Source: Calcarisporiella thermophila CBS 279.70
Taxonomy: Eukaryota > Fungi > Calcarisporiellomycota
DNA length: 64,000 bases
Direction of reading: 5' to 3'
Assembly (NCBI RefSeq): GCF_041956535.1
Contig: NW_027192215.1
Span: forward strand, 124,001 to 188,000
The notes beneath the pieces were generated by a model that saw only the letters and a list, made by a program, of their open reading frames with translations, did not search any database and was not told the origin of the DNA. Shown piece by piece: positions 1 to 11,606 of the stretch (within the stretch, counting starts at the first letter, position 1; each line of letters starts with the position of its first letter). The translations under genes and the position numbers were made by a program.

Positions 1-1
1 T

Positions 2-1066
2 GTCACGACTTTGTTTTTCTTTTATGCTTCCCTCGCAACCTCTGCCCCTGTCCCCTCGGCGCCCGAAAGCACGACCGCCCCCGCCGCCCATGCCCGTGAA
101 CTTGCTAAGGATATGAAGTGGATGACTCCGGGCTATGTGTTCGAATACGGAATACGACCATTTGAGGTGATGGGAGATGCCGGGCTGATGAAGAGAACGG
201 ACGGCATCATAGTCGAAAAGGAGAAACCGGAAAAGCCTAGCAGTCCGGTCAGCTCAGCCAAGCCCGAGGCAACGAAGACAAGCGTTGCAGCAAAACCGGC
301 TGAAACGGGAAAAAAACAGACCACTGAGAACACGGGCAAGAAGGAGAACCCGAAGCCTAAGGGTAAAAAGAAGAACAAGAAGAAGAACAAAAATAAGAAA
401 AAGAAGGGGAAGAAGGGCGGCAAGGATAAAAAGCAAAAGAATAAGGCGAAGAACGCTTCGTCCAAAGAAAATGCAACAGAGGCTGGCGCCAAGAAAGAAA
501 CCACGGCTACTGGAGGCGCCGACACCAAGTCCATGGAAGCTACGAAGAGCACTGGAACCAAATCCAGCACAAAGGAGGGCGGAATCAAGAGCAACACTAC
601 CGCAAAGGCAGAACCCAAGAGTAAAGGCAACACCAACACCAAGGTGGAATCCAAAAACGCGGACAAGACAAAGGCCAAAGATGTTTCCAAGGCTAAATCC
701 GAGTCGCAGACTTCTGCAAAGGGCCAAAATACAAGCACCACTACGAAGACTGGAACCACCACGGCCACCTCCTCTTCCGGCACTGGCGGCGAGAAGAAAG
801 TGTCTGAGGATAAGAATGGCAATAAGATTATTATTGAGGAGGAGAACTGCGATGACGAGGGTAATGGCTCCCGCACCGTGACTAAGACCGTGATCAAAAA
901 GCCAAAGACCAAAACCACCGTGTCTAAAGGTAAGGACGGTTCTGTACAAAAGACCGTCTCAACTGAGTCAGGAAAATCGCAGAAATCAGTTACCACCGAC
1001 AACAACGGCGGGAAAACGGTCACCACTGTATCCGAATCTTCTAGTCAATCCTCCTCCTCCTCCTAA
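2..1066 (+). CDS. Lys/Thr/Ser-rich low-complexity, probably secreted protein (5' end lies upstream of the window)
   Basis: The frame is open from the window edge (VTTLFFFYASLATS|APVP), which looks like the tail of a signal peptide. It has a possible Kex2 site (LMKR|TD), a poly-Lys tract and a T/S/K-rich tail. It is intronless, stops at TAA 1064-1066 and is followed by an AT-rich 3' region. Confidence 0.75.
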   Translation, partial: VTTLFFFYASLATSAPVPSAPESTTAPAAHARELAKDMKWMTPGYVFEYGIRPFEVMGDAGLMKRTDGIIVEKEKPEKPSSPVSSAKPEATKTSVAAKPAETGKKQTTENTGKKENPKPKGKKKNKKKNKNKKKKGKKGGKDKKQKNKAKNASSKENATEAGAKKETTATGGADTKSMEATKSTGTKSSTKEGGIKSNTTAKAEPKSKGNTNTKVESKNADKTKAKDVSKAKSESQTSAKGQNTSTTTKTGTTTATSSSGTGGEKKVSEDKNGNKIIIEEENCDDEGNGSRTVTKTVIKKPKTKTTVSKGKDGSVQKTVSTESGKSQKSVTTDNNGGKTVTTVSESSSQSSSSS

Positions 1067-1943
1067 ACTACCCTTTTCTATTTGAAATGAATAACTCTAT
1101 TTATTTCCCCCTCAGAAGATCTATCCTGCAATATTTATTTATTTATTTATTTTCTTTCGCATCGCGCTCTATTATTATATGAGACTTCGCTACACGGTGT
1201 ATTATACATGCAGCTATTCATTCCTTCAGGCGATATCAATACGTTTTACTCTCCACTAAAGTGCTCTATTTTACCACAAATAAAACGGTGAAAGCCCCCA
1301 TTTTAATACAAACTGGCAAACTAGCTATTTTTAAAAGAAAAAATATCAATAATATTAGGTAAATATACTCCCCAATATGTCCTGTGGATATACTCGGATT
1401 AGTTAAAATAATGTTGACTAATGAAAGAGGGACAATTTCAAGATATCAACCTTTGGTTACAAATATTGCGAGGAAGAAGTAGTCACGGGTCATTTCGTCT
1501 GCCAAGTCTGATTGTTTATGATATCTGTCCAAAAAGGAATTAAATGCCGCATCATGATTGGACTTGAAGACCACACAAAATTCTGATACTTTTCTGATGA
1601 TCGACGTCATCACAATCTCCACGTTGAGTAAAGATTTCTTATTTAAAAGGTCCAGTCGGTTAATTCGTGGTCTTAAAAATCGAGTGACACCTTTTTCCAC
1701 GGCCCCAGCATTTACCACGACTTGCGTCGCGCTAGTTTACTCTTGTCCAGGTCGCGTTTTGTCTCTCTATTTTTTGCCACCAAAGAGCATTAAGGTCAGA
1801 TGATGGGCACTCTATTATTTCACTCCCCCTCCGTTCCGTTGACATCTCTTTAAATTCTTCTAATTCCTCCTCCTTCAGGTAAAGGGGTCCCCTTCTCTGC
1901 TCAAGCTTAGTCTAGTACTTGTAGATCTAGTGTTTGGTCTTCC

Positions 1944-4900
1944 ATGGCTACAAGGTAAACAAACATGTTCTATGAGATCGTGTGCTGGACTTGCCCATTG
2001 ATTTTCCTCTTGCATCAGGCTCGATCGCCTTGTCCTCCTATTGGACACAGGCACAACCTCATCGGTAAGAGCCACAGCTGCACAACAGCTAGGAGAGATT
2101 CAGAAACAACATCCGGGGGAATTGCGGAATTTATTATCACGGGTAAGCTCTTGGGACCTTAATGCATTAAAATTATATGTTTCACGCAATTTCCTATGCA
2201 ATGCATTAGGTTTTGGTTCATTTACGAAGTAAGAGTTGGGAAACGCGTGTCGCAGCAGGTCAGGCTATAGAAGCTATTGCTAAGAATGTTCCAGAATGGA
2301 ATCCACCAGAAGGTGAGCTAATTGCATTTTCGTACTAGCCTTTTTTGCCAGAAATGAAATCGCTAAAATAATGATTCAGCTGTCAAAGTTGAAGAGCACA
2401 AGTATAATGAGGAGGCAGATAAGAGCCGACTTACATTCGACAACTTCGACATTGCAAATGTAATTCAGAATGGGCGTTTACTTCTCGGATCGGCCGGTAA
2501 AGAGTACGATTTTGAAATGAGCGAGCTTGATCCCGAAGAGCGACTTGCACTACAGCGCAGAAATTTAAAGCAACGTCTGGGGCTTGCAAGCCAGTTCATG
2601 GAAGGTATGAAAATTATTTTCTGTAGAGGGGTCGCCTGTTTATTCAACCATGTTTTCTGTTGCTGTTGTAGATCTGCTCGACGATGCTGACATTAATAGT
2701 TTTGTCACCCCAAGCACATCCACCCCTGCAACCGCAAATACCAGCACGGTACGGGAATCACCAGGATTAGAAACATCATCGGCCGTGCTGCCCCCTTCGC
2801 CTGCAATCCCATCTGCAATCCCGCAGCAGCAATCCGAAGCAGATATGGCAGGATTGAGTGCACGGGAGCGGAATCGACTCAAGCGAAAGTTGAAAAAGGA
2901 TGCGAAGGAGAGGGGAAAGGATAAGTGAGTATCCATATTCCATGCATTTAGGGATTATTCAGCATTTTATTTAAACCGTTAAAAACGAAAATAGAGTCCG
3001 AGTGCTTAGCGCAAGCGATTCCAGGAAAAAGACAGATAGCTCACTCCCATCCCCGGGCATGGCTATGACTCCTAGAACAACTGCTCCGGTGAAAACAGAA
3101 GAAGGTGGTGTACCCACAATCTATAAAGTGCTCCATAATATTACTAACCTCAGGTCCATGGCTACTTTAGCTGCAGATTATTTTGATTTTACGCCACAAC
3201 CACAGTGCAATAAAATCGTAGTCGAATCAAAAAAGCCGCCCCCAGAACTCATGAACCCTGACGAGCAGCCGACCGACTGGCCTTTTGCGGAAATATGTGA
3301 CTTGTTGTGCATGGATCTATTAGAGTACTTAATAATCGAGTCAAATTTCCATTTCGATGTAGATTGACCTCTATTGCTACTTTCTAGTCATTCCTGGGAG
3401 ATTCGACATGGCGCTGGGATTGGGCTGAGATCGATTTTAAAAATACATGGAAGCGGAGCCGGACGAGCAGGTAAAGTTCAAGAATTCACTCCCCCTACGC
3501 TATAAATATTAATCCTTTTTCTATTGTGTTTAGTCGGGCTAACAAAGCAAGAGAGTGATAGGCGACATAAACTTTGGTTGGACGACATCGCAGTACGCCT
3601 TTTGTGTATATTTGCACTCGACCGATTTGGCGATTTCGTATCGGATCAAGTGGTCGCCCCCGTGCGTGAAACTTGCGCACAAACGCTTGGTGCTTTGCTC
3701 AGTCACCTAGATGTTGACTCTGTCAAACAGGTGCATAGTATTCTGCTCCGCCTTGTTCACCAGACGGACCTGCTGGATGGCAAGGGGAGCGTGTGGGAAA
3801 TAAGACACGGTGGATTGCTTGGGCTCAAATACCTCATTGCGGTACGGCGAGATATGGTCAATGTGCTGCTTGAGGGCACGGTGAGTGCAGTGATATTGGG
3901 GTTGCAGGATGTAGACGATGATGTACGTGCGGTATCGGCAGCCACGCTTTTACCTGCTGCGGACTCGTTTGTGGAATTGCTGCCACAAAAGATCCCGGAA
4001 ATGGTCAATGTACTTTGGGACTGCCTGACCGACCTAAAGGATGATTTAACAGCATCCACTGCGAATGTTATGGATTTGTTGAGCAAACTTTTCACGTCGG
4101 AAAAAGTGCTTGAATACATGAAGAGCGCGGATAAAATAGACCAAACGTAAGTCTATTTATTCTGCTAGAGCCGGGATTCGAGGTCGGCTGGATATCGATA
4201 CTTATATTTACTGTCACTTTTAGGTACTCCCTCACTAATCTAATCCCTCGACTTTATCCCTTCTTCCGCCACACTATTACGACTGTGCGCGCCGCAGTTT
4301 TAAACACTCTAGTGACATTCCTGGGTATGAGTGGCCTAGGTGATTGGGTGGAGGATAGTTTGTTACGCCTTGTTTTCCAGAATTTGGTTGTGGAAGAAAA
4401 ATTGGATATTCTCACTCTCTCGCTGCGCGTCTGGAAAATGCTGCTCCAGCACTTATTCTCGGCCAACCCCAACGATATTGTTCGTATGTCAGCCCAGCAC
4501 TTACCCGCCTGGTTCGCGATTATCATGACCCCTATTGGAACGCCGCTCGATACAAACCTCTTCTATATCTCGCAGGGAATATTTACTCCGAATGTTGCAC
4601 CTCTTTCTATACCCGCCGCAAAGACTAGTGGTGTGCAACGGCGCGGAGGAGGCGGTGAAAAGTTGAATGGCAATGGGGGGGCAGTTGGGCATAACGTCGA
4701 CGCGGGCATGATCTCACAGGATTTTGGTCTCGTAACTCCTGAGATCGTGCTAAGAGGAAGGATCATGGGGGCGAAAGCTCTTGGCATAGGGTTGGCAATG
4801 TGGCCACAGGAGGTATGTTGGCAAATTTAATCGGTTTCAACCAAACTAGCTAACCCTCCTTTCCTCTGCCATTTGACAGAGTATCGATGCAGCTTTCAAG

Positions 4901-7900
4901 GATATTCTTTTCAGCTATATCCATTCCCACTGGGCATTACAACGTCAGCTCACCGCCGTAATGATAGAAGAGTGGGCAGGGGCAACCGAGAAGGCTGCAA
5001 GCACATTGACCAAGACGGTTCCGCTCGCGGCAAGTATATCCACGGTTCTTATTGGGATTCTTGAACAACCGCAGCCTCCGTTTTTCCTAGAGTTAGTGCC
5101 GGTGCTGCGTCGGGTGCGTGGGGAGTGCCAAGCGCTCTTTAATACCTTCGCATCCGAGGGCAAGCTCGCCCCTTCCCAGCTGCCTCCTCTACCTGCTCAG
5201 GTTATGGGCGAAGCCAACCCCAATGATGTGCCCGCGTTGTTTACCATTGAGTTGGCAAAACAGATTATAGCCGAGACTTACGACATTCTCTCGGCTCGTC
5301 TCGGGAAAACGAAGCGCAATGTGACCCAGGCACTAGACGAGCGAAAGCGTCGAGTGGTGGCGAGTATCGGATTCTACGAAACCACCAAGAGCCGGCATGA
5401 TATCGCAGCGCTATCCTCCATTGCTGGAGCGGTAGTCGCCCTTGCGATATTGCCTGCAAAACTTAACCCAATTGTGAGAAACATCATGAACAGCATTAAG
5501 GTATGACTAACTCCTCATGGCCCCCTCTACTAATTTCTAGAGTATTGCATCGTGTCTGACTGTTTCTTGACTCTCTTGGCTGCCTGATTTTTTTTTAGTT
5601 TGAAGAGAATGAGGAGCTTCAGCAACGTTCTGCGTCTGCTCTCGCTAGGCTCATCTATCTTTGTTCTTCCAGCTCCCGCTCAAATCCAAATGACAAAGTG
5701 GTCAAGAATTTATGTGCGTTCCTCTGCTCGGACCCCACTTCCACCCCTCTTTTGCAGAGCAATCGTGCTGAGCAGGGCATTCTCTCCATCCAGAAATTTA
5801 AGGAAAATACTACCGACTCTTCATCGAGTAAGAGCTCTGCTGCACTTAAGAATGTTCCAGGTGATTTGGGTCAGTCGAGCAAGTTAGCCCATGAGAGCAA
5901 CATCGACGAGACAACTCAACAGGCAATGCTGATGCGTCGCGGGGCGGAGACAGCGCTTAAGGAACTTGCCCAAAAATTTGGGGCCCAACTCTTTGATATT
6001 GTGCCCAAACTGTGGGAGTGCATGTGCTCAGTTCTCATGAAGGTTTTTTTATCTGGTAGATATTCATCCTAGCCTGTCTCTCTTTACACTGTCTAATTAA
6101 TCTTTTATTTCAATTAGAAACAGAATCCGAGTTTAATGCTAAACTGGATTCGGCAGAGAGTATAGGCCAGGAGGTGATAGATGCTCTCCAGGTTCTGAAC
6201 GCTGTTGCCCACTTTATTCACCCGGCACTGCACTCAAAAGTAGATCTCATTTCCTACACCGCTGTTCAGTCGCACTTGATTTATTAGTATTTTTTTTATA
6301 GATAACTTCTCTGTTGCCGTATATCATCCGCGCCCTCATCTCCAAATATTCCGTTATCCGTAATGTGGCTGCACGCTGCCTGGCGACGGTGTGCGATGTG
6401 ATCACGAAGGATACGATGATGGTGGTGATTAAGGAAGTGCTACCTTATCTTGGAAATACGCAAAATGTGATACACAGACAGGGTGCGGCAGAAATGATAT
6501 ATCGTATGTATAGAGAGTATATTTTATCGGCCCTACTGATATCCATAACCGCCATTTATATTTCGCTTTAGATGTGGTACAAAAGCTGGATGATAAGATC
6601 CTTCCATACGTGGTATTCCTAATTGTCCCGGTACTGGGCCGAATGAGTGACGTTAACGAGAATGTTAGGCTGGTGTCCACGAACTGCTTTGCTCTGCTGA
6701 TCAAACTAGTTCCGCTGGAGGTAATCTTGCTCAGTCGATTTTCTTAATAATTACCCGATATAACACGTTTTGCTTTCCAGGCTGGTTTACCAGATAGCCC
6801 CGATATGCCTGAGGAGATGTTAGCCCACCGTGACCGCGAGCGTGAATTCCTAGCACAGCTGCTTGACCGAGGCAAACTACAGGATTTCCATATCCCTGTT
6901 GCCATCAATGCTGAATTGCGTAAATATCAGCAGGAAGGTGTTAACTGGCTCGCCTTCCTCAACAAATATCAGCTCCACGGAATTCTCTGCGATGGTATGT
7001 ATTTGATTTCACATTTTCCATGCAAAAAGCTCTCTCCCGTGCACCCTCCCTTCCCTCCTCCAGTTCTCCCACTAATGCAATGCACACGAATATTTTAGAT
7101 ATGGGTCTCGGGAAAACCCTTCAGTCCATCTGTATCCTTTCCAGTGATCATTACCACCGTAAGGTGAAGTACGAGAAAGATAAGTCTCCGGACGCTGCAC
7201 CCATGCCATCTCTGATCGTGTGCCCTCCAACCTTAACGGGACACTGGTACCATGAAATCACGCAGTACACCAATAATTTAAGCCCATTGCTTTACACGGG
7301 AGCCCCCAGTGATAGAAAACGGTAGCTAAAGCTTCATTGAAGATAGTGAATAGAGTTGTTTTTTCAACTTTCCCCTTTTTTTTCTTGTAGGCTTCGCCCG
7401 AAAATTCATAAGCATGATGTGGTGATCGTCTCGTATGATATCATTCGCAACGATATCGAAGATCTTGGTGAAATTCACTGGAACTACTGCATCCTCGACG
7501 AGGGCCATATCATCAAAAATGCAAAGACCAAAATTACCAAAGCGGTGAAGACCGTGAAAGCAAACCACCGCCTTATTTTAACTGGAACACCAGTGCAGGT
7601 GAGTACAATGAAGAGAATGACTGGATTGTGTCATTTCTATACACGACTAATCTAAACTTGCCGATAATTTTAGAATGGCGTATTGGAACTTTGGTCGCTC
7701 TTCGACTTTTTAATGCCAGGATTCTTAGGCACCGAAAAGATCTTCAACGAGCGGTTTGGCAAACCGATTTTAGCGAGCAAAGATGCAAAAAGCTCGTCCA
7801 AGGAGCAGGAAGCGGGTATGTATCATTCGTAGGACTATCTTTGGAGGGACTTTTCGCTGAATCCGCATTTCTCCACAGGGGCTCTTGCTTTAGAAGCTCT

Positions 7901-9138
7901 TCACAAACAAATTCTTCCGTTTGTGCTGCGACGTTTGAAGGAAGATGTGCTTCACGACCTGCCTCCGAAGATTATTCAAGATTACTACTGTGAGCTCAGT
8001 GATCTACAGGTAGATGCAGCATCTTCTCCCATTCTTGGCATACTCTAACGTTGGTATTGCTCTCCCTCTAACTATAGAAACGTCTCTATGAAGAGTTTGC
8101 AAAATCCCAGACCAAGCAAAATCTTGAGAATGAGCTGGGAGAGGATGAGGCAGATGGACCCAAGGCAGAAGGAGGAAGACGCAAGGCCACCCATATTTTC
8201 CAGGCACTGCAGTATCTCCGCAAACTGTGCAACCACCCGTTGCTTGTCCTCAACGAGAAACACCCCGAGTACGACCGTGTCATGGCCTCCCTCAAAGGGA
8301 ATAAAAATTCGCTACACGATGTCCAGAATGCACCCAAGCTACAGGCGCTACGGTTGGTTTTTAGTCGATACGGGCATAATCTAAATGATTTTTAACTGTA
8401 TTTATTATCTTTTTGCACTATAGGCAACTTTTGCTTGACTGTGGCATTGGGCAGCAGGCGGAGGCCGAGGCCGATCCAATGGGCACCGATGCGGTCAGCC
8501 AGCACCGTGTTCTGATTTTCTGCCAGCTCAAGACCATGCTCGACATTATCGAAAACGATCTTTTCAAGACGTTGATGCCCTCCGTGACCTATATGCGGCT
8601 GGATGGGTCGGTGGATGCCAACAAGCGCCATGAGATCGTCCAGACGTTCAACCGGGACCCGTCGATTGACGTGCTCCTACTGACAACACATGTCGGAGGT
8701 TTGGGCTTGAATCTGACCGGGGCGGACACCGTCATCTTTGTCGAGCACGACTGGAACCCGATGAAGGATCTGCAGGCCATGGATCGTGCACACCGTATTG
8801 GCCAGAAGAAGGTGGTGAATGTGTACCGACTGATTGCCCGTGGCACGCTGGAGGAAAAAATTATGGGACTGCAGAAGTTCAAGCTCAACATTGCCAACTC
8901 GATCGTCAATCAACAAAATGCCGGGTTGCAGAGCATGGACACCGACCAGATTCTCGACTTGTTCAACGTGACTCCCGCGGAGACAGGGAAGCAAAAACGC
9001 GACGCGGCCGAGAGGGCGGCCGGAAAGGCCTCTGCATCGGCGAAGAATGTGATCGAAAACTTGGAGAGTCTTTGGGACGAGCGCCAGTACGAAGAATACG
9101 AGGATTTGGAGGGATTCATACAATCTTTAAACTCGTAA
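1944..9138 (+). CDS. MOT1: TATA-binding-protein-associated Snf2-family ATPase Mot1/BTAF1 (about 20 exons)
   Basis: The spliced N-terminus is MATR|LDRLVLLLDTGTTSSVRATAAQQLG (exon 1 1944-1954, intron 1955-2018). Other motifs are ALDRFGDFVSDQVVAPVRETCAQTLG, WEIRHGGLLGLKY, helicase motifs GILCD|DMGLGKTLQ, ILDEGHII and LTGTPVQ, and C-terminal GGLGLNLTGADTVIFVEHDWNPMKDLQAMDRAHRIGQ. Confidence 0.97.
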
Positions 9139-9378
9139 TGACTTTCCATCTTTTTATTGGTTTCTTTTACTCCCTCTTACTTGGATAATGTTAAGGCTTT
9201 TTTTTTTTCTTTTTCGCTGGCGCAGAGATTGTAAATAAAAAAAATCACTATGATCTTTATTCTTGATGTCACAGAAGATATCATTCTGTCATGTGAGCCT
9301 CACTAAATAAATGATATATTCTTTTGACAAAAAGGGAGGCCACTTAAAACCTGATAGATCGCAACTCCCATCACTGGG

Positions 9379-9386
9379 TATATAAA
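9379..9386 (+). promoter_or_regulatory. TATA box of the small orphan gene at 9418/9437
   Basis: TATATAAA lies 32 nt before ATG 9418 and about 50 nt before ATG 9437. Confidence 0.5.
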
Positions 9387-9436
9387 GAGAGCCTGATCCA
9401 TTGTACCCCCATCAACCATGAACTCACCTTGCAAGG

Positions 9437-9682
9437 ATGCCAAAGGGCGACTTTGCAACACGGTTCGTGTGTGGGATTGTTGTCCTCATTCTAATTGCGC
9501 TGGTGGCCGTTCTGGCGACACTGAGTAAATACGAGTCGTATGCCCAGGAGCATCCGCCCGCCGGCTCGATCTCCAGTAGTGTTGGTAAGCCAACCTCACC
9601 CTACCCTGCGAGCACCCCTGCGAGCACCCCCACGAAGAGTGGGACGATGACGGTTGGAAGGCGAAGCCGTCGCACACTTTAG
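9437..9682 (+). CDS. Small orphan membrane-anchored or secreted protein (81 aa)
   Basis: One strong hydrophobic helix (FVCGIVVLILIALVAVLATL) is followed by a P/S/T-rich stalk with a 12-bp tandem repeat (PAST-PAST). There is a TATA box upstream and an AT-rich 3' region. Confidence 0.55.
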   Translation: MPKGDFATRFVCGIVVLILIALVAVLATLSKYESYAQEHPPAGSISSSVGKPTSPYPASTPASTPTKSGTMTVGRRSRRTL

Positions 9683-10443
9683 TGAGAAGAGTACTTTACA
9701 CGAATGTGTGTTGGGTGTAGATTATTTCTCCTTTGAATAATAATAATAACCTACGAATTCATGCTTGCTTTCCCTGATTTAAAGAGAAAAGAAGCAGAAA
9801 ATGTAGTCACGATTAAGCGTGCTGTGGAAGTGCTGTGAAGCAAATAGAATGCATTGGGAGTGTAGATTGGAATATTTTGATTTTATATCTAATGTGCCTC
9901 ACTAAAGACTATTAAGAGTACAATTGCATGTGGAGAGATGCAACCCTGGTGAGTAGTGTTATCTTCTGGATCTGACTCGTAAACTTTTTTTTTTACAAAA
10001 CTCAAGTTGTTTTATATAGTTTATACATCTAATTATACAATCCTTAAAGAGGAACACGCCCGCTTTTAAGGATATAACACCATGAGTGTGATTTTGCTCT
10101 GTTCACTTATGTTCGAGACTTTTTTTTCATATAATAAATAAATAAGGGTTTGTTTGTAGTGAACGAGTTGAAAAGAATTTTAGGGAAGAGGTGTCGGAGA
10201 CCCATCCATTTAGTTTAGAGGATAAGCATGAAAGGGGCTTCGAAGTGGTTTTTATTCTCTTGGGGCAAGGTACCAAGATAGTCGAAATCGAAACCACATT
10301 GCCTAACCTTATGATATGCGTGAGATTTCCCTTAGTGTACCCCTAAACAAACAAGGTCGAACAATATATAATGCCTCCAGAAAATTAGTCCAAATTTTTA
10401 CTTTTTTTCTCTTGTCATAGGGGAATAATCATCTCCTTGAAAT

Positions 10444-10704
10444 ATGAAGACTCTCTTTATCCTCTTCGCACTAACTATACTGCATTTGGGGACCCATGCT
10501 CACGATGGCACTGAGAAACGGTGTATCAATCGGTGTGATAGACGATACCCGTGCGACGAGGACTGCCTCGATAGAAACGAGAATTGTGAGAAGTGTTATG
10601 AACGGTTCTACAAGTGCTTCCAGAAGTGTAAAAACCGCCAGGGCATACTGCTAACCGCTTATTCCTCTCCAGTAGCAGATGATGCTCCAAAATGTACCGT
10701 TTAG
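10444..10704 (+). CDS. Small secreted cysteine-rich protein (86 aa)
   Basis: Signal peptide MKTLFILFALTILHLGTHA, a dibasic KR site, then the pattern C-x3-C-x5-C-x3-C-x6-C-x2-C-x6-C-x3-C plus a ninth Cys near the C-terminus. Intronless. Confidence 0.8.
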   Translation: MKTLFILFALTILHLGTHAHDGTEKRCINRCDRRYPCDEDCLDRNENCEKCYERFYKCFQKCKNRQGILLTAYSSPVADDAPKCTV

Positions 10705-11306
10705 TTTCTTCATTGCTCTATCTTTATACTATTTTGATGAGATAATATAAAACTATCTGCTTAAAAAACTTGCAATCGCAAAAGAGAAAAAAATCGAAAT
10801 AAACCCTACCAAAGAACCTCGCTCCAACACTCGCAACCATTATATACAGTTCAAATCTTACCCTACGAGTGTTCTATTAGATTGCTGGCCGGATGTGAAC
10901 CAGTTTCGGTACGAGCTTGAGACATCGTTCGAGCTACTTCCTTGTCTACGGCTATTTCTCACTCTATTAGCCGTGGCCATATCGATGAATGGGTACATAG
11001 ATGGATGATCTTTTCTACTGGACATTTTATCTGTACAAACACCCTATAATGAACAGCTCCTGCTGCCCAGATTTGCTAGTATCAGTTGGACGATTTGCTA
11101 TATTCTAATCTTACTACCTGAATGCATATATAGCCCGAGTCCAATTGCCCAGCCTTATGATACAGAGGCTTGAGCATAGGCCGACTACCCCATCCGCTAG
11201 GGTATAACATGTACACTTTATTACCATACATAATGGGTTTCCAAATTACACTACAATAATACATAATGGGGATGGGTTCAGTGTGTCAAAAAGCTATATG
11301 GTTTGG

Positions 11307-11606
11307 TCATCCAAGGGGACCAGAAGCACATTTTCCGCTGGCTTTGCGAGGGCTTGTGAAACACTTCTCGATATTGTAGTAGTAGGTCGAACCAAAGATA
11401 TTAAAGCAGAAAGCCTTCCACTTGTAAAGGACACCGTTCTCGCACCCTTGGAGAGTGCAGAAAAAGCCCCAGCCGGTCTCCTGAATCCATGAAAAGTTGT
11501 AGCACCATTGGTGAACAGTCTTGATTCTGGTGCAGAACCTGAAGGGATTATACCACTTGGGGCACCAGTATCTCTCTCTTACTTGAACATCACGTTCAGT
11601 GGGCAT
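11307..11606 (-). CDS. Small Cys/Trp/Tyr/Phe-rich orphan protein (99 aa, no signal peptide)
   Basis: The ATG is in a good context (ccaaccATG), with TATAAA about 62 nt upstream (11668-11673, minus strand). It has 8 Cys, a strongly aromatic composition and no introns. Confidence 0.7.
   Translation of the reverse strand: MPTERDVQVRERYWCPKWYNPFRFCTRIKTVHQWCYNFSWIQETGWGFFCTLQGCENGVLYKWKAFCFNIFGSTYYYNIEKCFTSPRKASGKCASGPLG

Noticed and set aside
133-1026. Long antisense and alternative-frame ORFs (297, 231, 198 aa) over the Lys-rich gene
   Set aside because: They are shadows of low-complexity, stop-poor sequence; the F/L/V-rich translation is simply the complement of AAG/AAA/ACC codons.
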